Both the position numbers and the translations under genes were made by a program. The notes under the pieces were generated by a model. The model saw nothing but the letters and a program-made list of their open reading frames with translations, was not told the DNA's origin and ran no database searches. A stretch of 32,000 bases of DNA from Phycisphaera mikurensis NBRC 102666 (lineage in GTDB: Bacteria > Planctomycetota > Phycisphaerae > Phycisphaerales > Phycisphaeraceae), in the NCBI RefSeq assembly GCF_000284115.1, contig NC_017080.1, forward strand, positions 2,070,001 through 2,102,000, read 5' to 3'. Shown here piece after piece: positions 1-10,229 of the stretch. Each line of letters begins with the position of its first letter. Positions within the stretch are counted from its first letter, which is position 1.

Positions 1-592
1 AGCGCTTGTCGGTGGCGGACAGCCGGTCCGCGGCGGTGTAGCCCAGGCCGAAGTAGCGGTCGCCGATGGCGTCCCAGAAGGCGTTGCCGCCGTCGGGCCG
101 CACCGGCGGGCGCAGCTCGGCGAGCGTGGTGTCGGCGAAACCGGCGAGGTCACGCCGCATGAAGAGGTAGCGGCAGCCCGAGAGCAGCCGGCCCAGCCCC
201 GCCGCGGAGCCGCGGGCGCCGGGGTGGAGCAGCAGCGTGCCGACCTCGGTCGGCCCGTGGTGCCGGGCCTCGAGGTGCAGCGTGGCGATGTCGCGGGTGA
301 ACCCCAGCGCGTGGCTCTGGACCGTCCGCGTCTCCAGCCGGTACGCGTACCACGGCTCGCCGGTGCCGACCCGCCGGACGAGGCCGGACACACCGACGAC
401 CGCGCCGGAGGGGTCTTCCATCGCCATCAGCGGCGCCTCGCCGCGGCGCGAGGCCTCGACGCGGGCCGCGATGAAGCTCCCGTCGGCGGGCAGCGAGGTG
501 AAGGCTTGGCCGGCGGTCTCCGCCAGCGCCAGGAGCGCCGGCACGTCCTGCTCGCGCACGCCGCGGACCGTGTGGGGTTGGAGCGGTTTCAT
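1..592 (-). CDS. astA: Arginine N-succinyltransferase-like (AstA family), C-terminus truncated by window edge
   Basis: Open minus-strand frame from ATG at 592 to window edge: MKPLQPHTVRGVREQDVPALLALAETAGQAFTSLPADGSFIAARVE...EPWYAYRLETRTVQS...TEVGTLLLHPGARGSAAGLGRLLSGCRYLFMRR...FWDAIGDRYFGLGYTAADRLSA. This resembles the AstA pattern (LTSLP, PWYxYR, LCTLFLxPxxR, FWxxxGxxFF). Confidence 0.8.
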   Translation of the reverse strand, partial: MKPLQPHTVRGVREQDVPALLALAETAGQAFTSLPADGSFIAARVEASRRGEAPLMAMEDPSGAVVGVSGLVRRVGTGEPWYAYRLETRTVQSHALGFTRDIATLHLEARHHGPTEVGTLLLHPGARGSAAGLGRLLSGCRYLFMRRDLAGFADTTLAELRPPVRPDGGNAFWDAIGDRYFGLGYTAADRLSATDKR

Positions 593-1803
593 GCGGCGGT
601 CCGCGGATTCAAGAGCGCTTCGCCTCCGTCGGCGAGGCGGAGCAGCAGGCGGGCGGTGGCGTCGGCCCGCTCCTGGAGGCTGTCGATGACGAGGTACTCC
701 TCGCCGGTGTGGATGTGGTCGCCGCGGACGCCCAGCGTGTCGACCACGGGGCAGCCGGCGGCGGCGATGCGGTTGCCGTCGCACACACCCCCGGTTTCGC
801 GGAGGCCGGGCCGGGCCCCGCTGGCGGCTTCGACCGCGTCGCGGGCGGCGTCGAGCAGCGTGGCGGTCGCGCCCGCGGCCGGCCGCGGCGGCGCGTGCGC
901 CACCCGCAGCACCTCGACCTCCACGCCGAAGCGGTGCGCCGCCGCGGCGGCCGCGCCGCGGACCGCGGCCTCCGCGGCGGCCTCCGCGTCGCGGTCCGCG
1001 GCGCGGGTGTTCAGCCGGAGCACCGCGGCGTCGGCCACGGCGTTGGCCGGGCCGCCGCCGTCGACGGCGCCGCAGTTGAAGGTGCAGCCGGGGCGGTCGT
1101 TGAGCTCCACCATCGCGGCCACCGCCGCGCAGGCCGCGTGCACCGCGCTGCGCCCGGCCGCGAAGTCCCGCCCGGCGTGGGCCGCCCTCCCGCGGAAGCC
1201 GATCGACCAGCGGGACGACCCGCCGCGGGCGCCCACCAGCGAGCCATCCGGCAGCGACGGCTCGAAGAGCAGCGCCGCGTGGTGCCGGCGCGCCTCCTCT
1301 GCCAGCAGGCCCGCGGAGCCCGGCGAGCCGATCTCCTCGTCGGGGTTGAGCACCACCGTCCACCCCAGCCGTTGTTTCTGCCGCTGCGTCGCCGCCGCCT
1401 CGAAGCGCTCCAGCCCGCCGAGCATCACCGCGATGCCGCCGCGGGCGTCGGCCACGCCGGGGCCGATCAACCGGTCGCCCTCCACCCTCACCGGCACCGC
1501 CGAGGCCTCCGGCCCGTGCACCGTGTCGGCGTGGATGTTCAGCAGGACGCGGAACGGGGCGTCGGCCCGCTTCCGCGCGACCGCGGCGGCGCACAGCGGC
1601 GTGGAGGCGGCGCGGCCGCGGGCGTCGAGGTCGGCGACGGCGGGGAGTCCGACCCGCTCCACCGCGCCGGCCAGCGGGGCGAGGGCTTCCGCGGCGATCC
1701 GCTCGAGCAGCGCATCGACGGCGGGCTGATCGGCGGTGCCGCCGCCGGCGTCGCACCACGCGCGGACGCGGTCGAGCAGGAGCTGGGAGTGAGAGCGGGT
1801 CAA
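589..1803 (-). CDS. M20-family metallopeptidase (ArgE/DapE/CPG2-like amidohydrolase)
   Basis: LLNIHADTVHG..., GPGVADARGGIAVMLGGLE, NPDEEIGSPGS, GGVCDGNRIAAAGCPVVDTLGVRGDHIHTGEEYLV are M20 metal/dimerisation motifs. The stop overlaps the astA start by 4 bp. A TTG start at 1803 is a guess. Confidence 0.82.
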   Translation of the reverse strand: MTRSHSQLLLDRVRAWCDAGGGTADQPAVDALLERIAAEALAPLAGAVERVGLPAVADLDARGRAASTPLCAAAVARKRADAPFRVLLNIHADTVHGPEASAVPVRVEGDRLIGPGVADARGGIAVMLGGLERFEAAATQRQKQRLGWTVVLNPDEEIGSPGSAGLLAEEARRHHAALLFEPSLPDGSLVGARGGSSRWSIGFRGRAAHAGRDFAAGRSAVHAACAAVAAMVELNDRPGCTFNCGAVDGGGPANAVADAAVLRLNTRAADRDAEAAAEAAVRGAAAAAAHRFGVEVEVLRVAHAPPRPAAGATATLLDAARDAVEAASGARPGLRETGGVCDGNRIAAAGCPVVDTLGVRGDHIHTGEEYLVIDSLQERADATARLLLRLADGGEALLNPRTAA

Positions 1804-2064
1804 GACGGAGTGCGGGTGCAAGCGGGAACCCGTCGCCCGAGGCGAAGGGTGGGAGCCGATCACCCCGAGCCCGGCCCCGGCGGCCGCCCGGTGGATCTTG
1901 CTGGACGCCGCCGACGCTAGCCGGTGGGGCCGGCCTGTCAAGGCGGCGAAAGCGTCGCCCCGAGCCCGCCGCCGCGCGAGGCCGCGCGGCCCTCCGAGGC
2001 GGCGACGGCGGGCCCACGGTCCGCATTGCACCCACCCCCGCCCGTCCGCCGATAACGCCGGCTC

Positions 2065-2835
2065 ATGGACCTCGGCCTGATCATCGGATTCATCGGCACC
2101 TGGGCCATCATCCTCGTGGCCATGCTGCTCGGCGGGTCGATCATGACCTACGTCGACGTCCCGTCGGTCATCATGATCTTCGGCGGGTCCATCACCGTGG
2201 TGCTCTTCTGCTTCCCGATGGGCAAGGTCAAGGGCGTCTTCGGCGTCGGCCTCAAGGCCCTGTTCTGGAAGAGCAGCTCCGTCGCCGACCTCATCGACGA
2301 GCTCGTCGGCTTCGCCGAGATCGCCCGCCGCGACGGCATCCTCTCGCTGGAGAGCAAGTGCCGCGAGATCGAGGACCCCTTCATCGTGCAGGGCCTGCAG
2401 ATGGCCGTCGACGGCACCGACCCCGAGCTCATCGAGCAGGTGCTGATGAACGACCTGGACAACCTGGTCGACCGGCACGAAGGCGGCAAGGCCCTCTTCG
2501 ACGCGATGACCAAGTACGCCCCGGCCATCGGCATGATCGGCACGCTGGTCGGCCTGGTCGCCATGCTCGCCGACCTTTCGGACCCCTCCGCCATCGGTGC
2601 CGGCCTCGCCGTCGCGCTGCTGACCACGCTCTACGGCGCCATGGTCGCCAACGCCTTCTCCGGCCCGCTCGCCGACCGCCTCGGCCGCCGCTCGGCCGAG
2701 GAGCTGCTTTACAAGACCATCATCCTGAAGGGCGTGATGAGCATCCAGCAGGGCGACAACCCGCGGGTGGTGGAGCAGAAGCTGAAGACGTTTCTGCCGC
2801 CGAGCGAGCGGAAGGCTGTTGAAGAGGCCGCGTAG
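2065..2835 (+). CDS. motA: Flagellar motor stator protein MotA
   Basis: MDLGLIIGFIGTWAIILVAMLLGGSIMTYVDVPSVIMIFGGSITVVLFCFPMGK... APAIGMIGTLVGLVAML...GLAVALLTTLYGAMVANAFSGPLADRL; classic MotA/TolQ/ExbB. Confidence 0.95.
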   Translation: MDLGLIIGFIGTWAIILVAMLLGGSIMTYVDVPSVIMIFGGSITVVLFCFPMGKVKGVFGVGLKALFWKSSSVADLIDELVGFAEIARRDGILSLESKCREIEDPFIVQGLQMAVDGTDPELIEQVLMNDLDNLVDRHEGGKALFDAMTKYAPAIGMIGTLVGLVAMLADLSDPSAIGAGLAVALLTTLYGAMVANAFSGPLADRLGRRSAEELLYKTIILKGVMSIQQGDNPRVVEQKLKTFLPPSERKAVEEAA

Positions 2836-2888
2836 CGGCCGGCAAGCGAAGAAGCGGGGAAGCCGCTGCCTCACGATCGGATGAACCC

Positions 2889-3659
2889 ATGAGCCGAAAG
2901 TGCAAATGCCCCCCCGAAGGCGCCCCCGAGTGGATGACCACCTATGGGGACATGATGACGCTCCTGCTCTGCTTCTTCGTGCTCATCGTCTCGTTCAGCG
3001 AGGTGAAGAAGGAGGACGAGTTCCAGGCGGTCGTCCGCGAGATCAAGCAAGCCTTCGGCATCCACGGCGGCGGCGGCAAGATCCCGGTGACCGACGACCC
3101 GACGCTGAGCTTCATCCAGCGGCTCGACGAGACGCGGATGCGGCAGGAGAAGATCGAGAACCGGGCCAACACGAAGCAGCCGGGCCAGCAGGGCAAGGAG
3201 GCGAAGGTCACCAAGATCCGCGAGGGCATGCTGATCGGTGCGGGCGGCCGCATCACCTTCGACCCCGGCTCCGCCACGCTCTCCCGCGAGGTGAAAGAGG
3301 CGCTGGTGAGCCTGGTGGAGGAGGCGAAGATCCGCGGCACCGAGAACGTGCTGGAGCTGCGGGGCCACGCCGACGCGCTGGAGCTGCCCGAGGGCGGGAA
3401 CGGCGTCTTCGAGGACGCATGGGACCTCTCGGCTGCGCGGGCGAAGGCGGTCTTCGCGTTCATGACCCGGCCGGCACCCGACGGCCTCGCGCTGCGGAGC
3501 GACCGCTTCCGCCTCTCGTCGAACAGCTCGCGGGAGCCGCTGAATCCCAGGGCGTACACCACCGCCGACGCCGCGGGCAACCGCCGCGTCGAGGTGCTGG
3601 TGAGCGAAACGCTCGTCGAGCAGCTCAAGGCGCCCGAGACCCTCTCGTCGGCGGGCTGA
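2889..3659 (+). CDS. motB: Flagellar motor stator protein MotB (OmpA-like C-terminus)
   Basis: PPEGAPEWMTTYGDMMTLLLCFFVLIVSFSE is the MotB plug/TM, followed by an OmpA-like peptidoglycan-binding region (VLELRGHADAL...WDLSAARAKAVFAFM...RRVEVLVSE); immediately downstream of motA. Confidence 0.93.
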   Translation: MSRKCKCPPEGAPEWMTTYGDMMTLLLCFFVLIVSFSEVKKEDEFQAVVREIKQAFGIHGGGGKIPVTDDPTLSFIQRLDETRMRQEKIENRANTKQPGQQGKEAKVTKIREGMLIGAGGRITFDPGSATLSREVKEALVSLVEEAKIRGTENVLELRGHADALELPEGGNGVFEDAWDLSAARAKAVFAFMTRPAPDGLALRSDRFRLSSNSSREPLNPRAYTTADAAGNRRVEVLVSETLVEQLKAPETLSSAG

Positions 3660-3800
3660 CGAGCGCTCGATGGCCGGAGCCGGGGGCGGCGGCCACGCGT
3701 CTCCGCCGGCGGGTGCGTGCCCGGGCCGTGTTCGCCCGCGGCCCGCCGAGGAGCTACCTTCCGCCTCCTGTCAACACTCGACATCTTCCGAGGCCACCCG

Positions 3801-4721
3801 ATGAACGTCCCGATCCGATCCGCCACCGCCGCCGCCACTGCCACCCGCGCCCTCGCCCTCGCCCTCGTGCTGTCGCTCGCGGGGCCCGCGGCGGCGGCAC
3901 CCGGAGCGCCGGCCTCGGGGCCGGACGCTCCGGCGGGCCACCGCTGGGTCCTCAACGAGGCCTTTAGCGACGAGTTCGACGGCGACACGCTCGACCGCTC
4001 GAAGTGGAACGACGTCTTCCCCGGCTGGAAGGGGCGACCGCCGGGTCTGTTCCTGCCCGAGAACGTCAGCGTCGCGGACGGCTTCCTGCAGATCCGCAGC
4101 GTGCCGCTGGATCCGCCGCGCGAGGACGGGAAGTGGACGATCGGCTGCGGCGCCATCCAGTCGGTGACCCAGGTCGCGCCCTACGGCTACCACGAGACGC
4201 GGGTGAAGGCCTCGAGCGTGTCGACCTCGACGACGTTCTGGCTGAAGCGCCGCGCCGAGGCGGGCGAGGACCCGCGGAAGTCCACGGAGCTGGACATCAT
4301 GGAGGCGATCGGCAACGCGCAGCGGTTTGCCGGCTTCGCCACGCAGATGCGGTCGAACACGCACCTCAACTACCCCGACCTGCTCGGCGACGACGGCAAG
4401 CCCCTCAACCTCAAGGCGGGCGCCAACACGGTGCTGCCCGGCGGCGCCCGCGTGGACGGCGGCTTCCACACCTACGGCTGCTGGTGGGTGGACGCGACGA
4501 CCATGCACTTCTTCCTCGACGGAGAGCACGTGCACACCATCGAGGTCTCCACCGAGGTCGAGCCCGAGCCCATGAACAAGCCGATGTTCCTCAACGCGGT
4601 CTGCGAGACCTACGCGTGGGAGCACCCGCCGCACCGCGAAAATCTGCTCGACGCCAGCAAGAACACCACGCGCTACGACTGGATCCGCAGCTGGACGCTG
4701 GAGAAGATCGAGGCCGACTGA
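3801..4721 (+). CDS. Secreted glycoside hydrolase family 16 protein (agarase/porphyranase/carrageenase-like)
   Basis: Signal peptide-like N-terminus, then WVLNEAFSDEFDGDTLDRSKWNDVFPGWKGRPPGLFLPENVSV..., catalytic-like STELDIMEAIGNA, FHTYGCWWVDATTMHFFLDGEHVHTI. Confidence 0.87.
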   Translation: MNVPIRSATAAATATRALALALVLSLAGPAAAAPGAPASGPDAPAGHRWVLNEAFSDEFDGDTLDRSKWNDVFPGWKGRPPGLFLPENVSVADGFLQIRSVPLDPPREDGKWTIGCGAIQSVTQVAPYGYHETRVKASSVSTSTTFWLKRRAEAGEDPRKSTELDIMEAIGNAQRFAGFATQMRSNTHLNYPDLLGDDGKPLNLKAGANTVLPGGARVDGGFHTYGCWWVDATTMHFFLDGEHVHTIEVSTEVEPEPMNKPMFLNAVCETYAWEHPPHRENLLDASKNTTRYDWIRSWTLEKIEAD

Positions 4722-4780
4722 GCGAACCCAGACCCGGCCGGCGGAGGCCGCGGGCGCGGATCCTCGGCGGGATGCGTCCT

Positions 4781-4934
4781 AGCGCACCGTGCGCAATTTT
4801 TCGATCGCCTCTGCGGGCGAGTCGTGCCCCTCGCTTCGGCGGCTGCATCGCCCTGCAGGGGCAGGGCTGCTTCGCCTCCTCACGAGGAACACGACGCGCG
4901 GACGCAGGCCGATCGGAAAATTGCGCACGATGCT
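4781..4934. repeat. Long imperfect palindrome (MITE-like, BIME-like or bidirectional terminator)
   Basis: Outer arms CGTGCGCAATTTT (4788-4800) and AAAATTGCGCACG (4917-4929) are perfect complements. Pairing resumes at CGATCG/CGATC, GTCGTG (4821-4826)/CACGAC (4890-4895), and near the centre around 4858. Confidence 0.75.
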
Positions 4935-5891
<957 letters not shown>

Positions 5892-6344
5892 GGGCCGAGT
5901 ATGCGCTGGGTGGTCCGCGGGGCGGGCTCCGCCCACGCGGAGGCCGGAACCCGAGCGGAGACCGGCGCAGCAACGCACACGATCCTCAGCGCCTTCGCGC
6001 GCGCCGCCGCGCGCGGGAGGGGCCGCTAAACTCCGGCCTCAGCGGCCCCGTGCGAGGCCCGGGGCACCCATGTGCTCGAACCAAGTCGATCCTCAGGGGA
6101 GCGGAGTCGGGCACAACGGTCAAGCCGTCCACGAGCGGAAGGCCCGGGAGCCCCGGCGAAGCGCCCACCTTCAACTGAGGTTCGAGCTCATTCGCCCCCG
6201 ACCCCGCACGGGCCCGCTCGGACGCCCAAGCCGCCGCCGCGACGCGGCGCGGCGCGGTGTCGGTCGCCACCGGATTCCGCGGACCGCCGGCCCCCGCGGC
6301 GTTCGCGGCCGGCGATCCGCGGGACCCCGGCGGAGCGGGCTCGA

Positions 6345-7535
6345 TCAGAAGCCGACGATCTCGAGCCCGAGAGCCCGCTCGGCCAACCAGGCCGCGGCGA
6401 GCAGCGCGACCAGCGCCGAGCCGACCCGCAGCGCCACGACGCGGTAGAAGGCCGTCGCCCGCAGGAGCCAGGCGACCGGGAAGAAGGCGGCGACGATCGC
6501 GAGCTGGCCCAGCTCGACGCCAACGTTGAAACCCAGCAGGGCGACGCCCAGGCCGGTGCCGCCGAGGCCGAGATCGCGGAGCACGCTCGCGAAGCCGAAG
6601 CCGTGCAGCAGCCCGAACGCGAAGGCGATGCCGACGCCGGTCAGCGGCAGCCTCGGGGCCAGGTTGTGCACGGCCGACACGATGATCGAGGCGGCGATGA
6701 CCGACTCCACCAGCCGCGACGGCGGCTCGACCCAGCCGGTCGTCGCGAGCCAGAGCGTGACCGAGTGGGCGACGGTGAAGGAGGTCACCAGCGCGAGGAT
6801 GCCGCCCGCCGCGGGCGCGAAGGCCGGCGCCGGCGTCCACCGGCCTCCGCTGCGCAGGAGCACCGCGGGCAGCATCAGCGTGATCAGGAAGAGCACGTGG
6901 TCGAGCCCGATCCAGATGTGGTACACGCCCTCGCGGACGAAGCCGAGGAAGGACGCGGCGGAGCGGCCGCCGCCCGCGGCGAGGTCCAGCCGCGTCGCGT
7001 CCGCGTCCGGCCCGAGCACGGCGGGGGCGGAGGGCCCCTCCCCGGCGTCGACGAAGACGAGGCCGCGATGGGTGGGATCCGCGTCGAAGAGCAGGCGGTA
7101 GCGGACGGCGAGGGTGGCGGGTTCCGCCTCCGCGTCGGTGCCGACCGCGAGCACGGCGTACGCCCCGTCGGAGTGGTCGGTCACGAGCAGATCGTCGAGG
7201 CGGAGCGTCAACGGCACCCCGTCGGCTTCCAGGCCCAGCCGCGAGAGCGTGGCGGCGGCGATCTCGCTCCGCTTGGCCTTCAGCTCGCCCCAGGTGAGCG
7301 CGCTGTCGCCGTCGGCATCGAGGCCCACCAGGAAGTCGAGGTCCTTCAGCGAGACGTCCCACCGCAGACGCACGGGCGTGTCGGAGGGCGCGGCAACCGC
7401 GTCGCCCGCTCGCGCCGCGGGCCCGACGAGCACGCGGAGGTAGCTGTCGCTGGGCTTGTGCGCCGCGGCGGGCGTCGCCCCCAGGGCCGCCAGGAGGGCC
7501 GCGAACAGGAGCGGGAGCGGGTGGAGGCGCCTCAC
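6345..7535 (-). CDS. HupE/UreJ family membrane protein
   Basis: VRRLHPLPLLFAALLAALGATPAAAHKPSDSYLRV...GVYHIWIGLDHVLFLITLMLPAVL...TSFTVAHSVTLWLA...VESVIAASIIVSAVHNL...FGLLHGFGFASVLRDLG. The His-rich GxDHxLF and LLHGFGFA motifs are typical. GTG start overlaps the upstream gene's stop (GTGA). Confidence 0.88.
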   Translation of the reverse strand: MRRLHPLPLLFAALLAALGATPAAAHKPSDSYLRVLVGPAARAGDAVAAPSDTPVRLRWDVSLKDLDFLVGLDADGDSALTWGELKAKRSEIAAATLSRLGLEADGVPLTLRLDDLLVTDHSDGAYAVLAVGTDAEAEPATLAVRYRLLFDADPTHRGLVFVDAGEGPSAPAVLGPDADATRLDLAAGGGRSAASFLGFVREGVYHIWIGLDHVLFLITLMLPAVLLRSGGRWTPAPAFAPAAGGILALVTSFTVAHSVTLWLATTGWVEPPSRLVESVIAASIIVSAVHNLAPRLPLTGVGIAFAFGLLHGFGFASVLRDLGLGGTGLGVALLGFNVGVELGQLAIVAAFFPVAWLLRATAFYRVVALRVGSALVALLAAAWLAERALGLEIVGF

Positions 7536-8716
7536 GGCCGTCCTCCGGGGGCGAGCGCGTCGAGCAGCGGGGCCAGGTCCGCGTCCTCGGTCCCGGCGTC
7601 GCGGAGGAACGCGACCACCCCGCCGGCCGCGGCCGGCCGCCCCGCGGCGAGCGCGGCCTCGAGCACGTTGCGGCTGTCGCGGGGCTGCTTCTGGAGGTCC
7701 CAGTTCTGCAGCGCGACCTCCAGGGCGCGCCGCGCGTCGCCTTGCAGCTCCAGCTCGAAGCGGCTCTCGTAGCGGCCGTGCGGGTCGCTCCCGCGGAGGC
7801 GGATCTCCGCGAACCGGTCGGCGAGCCGGCGGGTGGACGCGGCGGCCGCTCCGCCCTCGCCGGCCCGCGTGGCGGCAAGAGCGTGGGCGAGCAGCAGGCC
7901 GGTGTCCGACAGGCGGGCGGCCGCGAGCGGCAGCACCGCGGCGGGCCGGCCGCGGTCGAGCAGGAAGTCGGCGTAGGCCCGGAGCAGGTACGCGTCGCCG
8001 GGGTCGCGGGCGAGTCCGGCGCGGAAGCGGGCTTCGGCCGCGTCGAAGCGGCCCAGGGCGCGGGCGGCGTCGGCGGCGACGACGTCGGCGAAGCCGCGGA
8101 GCGCCGGCGGCGTGCCGGGGTCGGCGAGAAGGGCGTCCGCGTCGGCAAGGGCCCGCTCCGCGTGACCGGTCACGACGTCCAGCGGCAGACGGGCGGCGGT
8201 CGCCGCGGCGTCCTCGCCGGCGGCCTCGAGCCGCGCGACCGCCGCCCGGGCCGCCGGGTAGTCCCCGAGCACGTAGTGCAGGTTCGCGACCTCCAGGAGA
8301 GCCTGCGGGTCGTCCGCGGCCCGGTCCAGGACGCTCCGCTGGTCCGCGAGGGCCCCGCGGTAGTCGTGGTCCCGCTCGCGGAGCTTCGCCCGCAGCCGGA
8401 GGACGGCCAGCGGCGGATCCTCCAGCCCCCACCACGGCGAGAGGGCGGCCCGGGCGTGGCCGAAGAACCGGGGATCGTCCTCGCGACGCGCGATCTCCAG
8501 GGAGTCCGCCGCGAGCCGCACCGCCGCGTCGGTGTCCCGCGGGTCCTCGGCGAGCCGGGCCCGCAGCCCGGCCAGCCGGTCGCCCGCGGCGAAGAGCACC
8601 CGCGGGATCCGCTCGAGCACCTCGTCGTCGGACGCGGGGCGGCGGGGCTCGCCCGCCCCCGCGGTGGCCGCCCCGAGCAGCGCGATCGAGGCGAGAGCGA
8701 TTCTGGAACGCGGCAT
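7532..8716 (-). CDS. Secreted tetratricopeptide-repeat protein
   Basis: MPRSRIALASIALLGAATAGAGEP signal peptide followed by TPR-like helices (YRGALADQRSVLDRAADDPQALLEVANLHYVLGDYPAARAAVARLEA...LGRFDAAEARFRAGLARDPGDAYLLRAYADFLLDRG). Confidence 0.82.
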   Translation of the reverse strand: MPRSRIALASIALLGAATAGAGEPRRPASDDEVLERIPRVLFAAGDRLAGLRARLAEDPRDTDAAVRLAADSLEIARREDDPRFFGHARAALSPWWGLEDPPLAVLRLRAKLRERDHDYRGALADQRSVLDRAADDPQALLEVANLHYVLGDYPAARAAVARLEAAGEDAAATAARLPLDVVTGHAERALADADALLADPGTPPALRGFADVVAADAARALGRFDAAEARFRAGLARDPGDAYLLRAYADFLLDRGRPAAVLPLAAARLSDTGLLLAHALAATRAGEGGAAAASTRRLADRFAEIRLRGSDPHGRYESRFELELQGDARRALEVALQNWDLQKQPRDSRNVLEAALAAGRPAAAGGVVAFLRDAGTEDADLAPLLDALAPGGRP

Positions 8717-8883
8717 CGCGGGAAACCTACGGCCAACCCGGGGCGGCGGATGCCTCCGGTGCCGGCGGAGGCCTCCTCCGCGGCCCCGGGGCATCCAGGC
8801 GGCTGCAGACGCCGTACAACACCGGCGGGCGGAACGCCCGTCGCCGCTCGCGGCGTTCACCACCACCATCTTTCGGCTCCTCC

Positions 8884-9927
8884 ATGCAGAATCGCCCCCG
8901 ACTCCTCCTCGCCGCCGCCGTCCTCCCCGCGGGTGCCGCTCTGGCCGCCGACCACCTCGACGCCCCGAGCGTCGCCGCCAACGGCCAGGCCGACATCAAC
9001 GACCTCTACGCCTTCCAGTCGCCGACCAACGCCGACAACACGGTGCTGATCCTGACGGTCAACCCCGCCGCCGGCGTGCTCTCGCCGACGACCTTCGGCG
9101 ACGACGTGCGGTACGACATCCTCATCGACAGCGACGGCGACGCCCTCGCCGACGCCAGCTACTCCACGTCCTTCTTCACCCGGGAAGACGGCCGCCAGGA
9201 CTTCACCGTCACCCGCGGCGGCGAGGCGTACGCCTCGGGCACCACCGGTGCCCGCTCGACGAGCGTCAGCGGCGGCCAGGTGACCGCGGGCCTCTTCGAG
9301 GACCCGTTCTTCTTCGACCTCGATGGCTTCAACGACGGCTTCGCGTTCACGGGTGACGACTTCTTCGCCGGGCTCGACGTGAGCGCGATCGTGCTGGAGG
9401 TGCCCAGCGCCGAGCTCGGCGCTGTGCAGGTCGGGCTCTACGCCGAGACCCGCGTCGACGGCGAGCGCTTCGACCTGATGGGCCGCCCCGCCATCAACAC
9501 CGTGCTGCTCGAGGGCGACCGCAAGGAGCTCTTCAACGACGTCGACCCCGCGGACCAATTCTCGGTCTTCGGCGAGGAGGTGACCGCCAAGATCGCGTCG
9601 CTCTCCGACCAGGAGAACGCGGAGTCGCTCACCCCGATCCTGTTGCCCGATCTGCTGACCTACGACAGCTCCAGCGACGCCGGGTACCTCAACGGCCGCC
9701 GGCTCGACGACGACGTCATCGACGCGAGCCTGAGCCTGCTCACCGCCGGGGCCCTGGTCTCCGACGGCGTCGACGGCAACGACAGAGCGTTTCTGAACGC
9801 CTTCCCCTTCCTCGCCGCCGCCAACGGGGACGGCCCGGTCCCGATCCCGACGCCCTCGGCCGCCGCCGCCGGCCTCGCCCTGCTGGGCGTGGGCGTGGCC
9901 CGCCGCCGCCGCCGCGTCGAGGCCTGA
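8884..9927 (+). CDS. DUF4331-like secreted protein with PEP-CTERM-like C-terminal sorting tail
   Basis: MQNRPRLLLAAAVLPAGAALAADHLDAPSV...DINDLYAFQSPTNADNTVLILTVNPAAGVLSPTTFGDDVRYDILIDSDGDA...INTVLLEGDRKELFNDVDP...; ends PIPTPSAAAAGLALLGVGVARRRRRVEA. Confidence 0.85.
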   Translation: MQNRPRLLLAAAVLPAGAALAADHLDAPSVAANGQADINDLYAFQSPTNADNTVLILTVNPAAGVLSPTTFGDDVRYDILIDSDGDALADASYSTSFFTREDGRQDFTVTRGGEAYASGTTGARSTSVSGGQVTAGLFEDPFFFDLDGFNDGFAFTGDDFFAGLDVSAIVLEVPSAELGAVQVGLYAETRVDGERFDLMGRPAINTVLLEGDRKELFNDVDPADQFSVFGEEVTAKIASLSDQENAESLTPILLPDLLTYDSSSDAGYLNGRRLDDDVIDASLSLLTAGALVSDGVDGNDRAFLNAFPFLAAANGDGPVPIPTPSAAAAGLALLGVGVARRRRRVEA

Positions 9928-10089
9928 GCAGCCCTCCGCTGGGCAGCGCCGCCGCGGACCGCCCCCGGTCGGCGGCGTTTCGGTGCGCCGTCCGCGGCTC
10001 CCGGCCCCGCCTCCTCTGCGAACCGACCCGCGTCCTGCGCAGGAGACCGTCCCGATCCGCTCTGCGGGGCGTCGGAAGGGTCTTCTGCG

Positions 10090-10163
10090 TGGGCCATACT
10101 GGACTCGAACCAGTGACCTTCTCGATGTCAACGAGACGCGCTAGCCAGCTGCGCCAATGGCCC
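10090..10163 (-). tRNA. tRNA-Val (anticodon GAC)
   Basis: Reverse complement GGGCCATTGGCGCAGCTGGCTAGCGCGTCTCGTTGACATCGAGAAGGTCACTGGTTCGAGTCCAGTATGGCCC folds as a cloverleaf: acceptor GGGCCAU/AUGGCCC, anticodon stem UCUCG/CGAGA with loop UUGACAU, T arm ACUGG-UUCGAGU-CCAGU. Confidence 0.93.
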
Positions 10164-10229
10164 GGTGCCCGGCGGGGCGCGGGATCCGCGGGGGGAGCAT
10201 AACGCAGAGCCGCCCGCCGTGGCGGCCGC

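Noticed and set aside
5986-8148. 720-aa minus ORF and 566-aa plus ORF over the HupE/TPR genes
   Set aside because: Shadow frames of high-GC coding sequence with no recognisable motifs; the HupE/UreJ and TPR frames explain the region.
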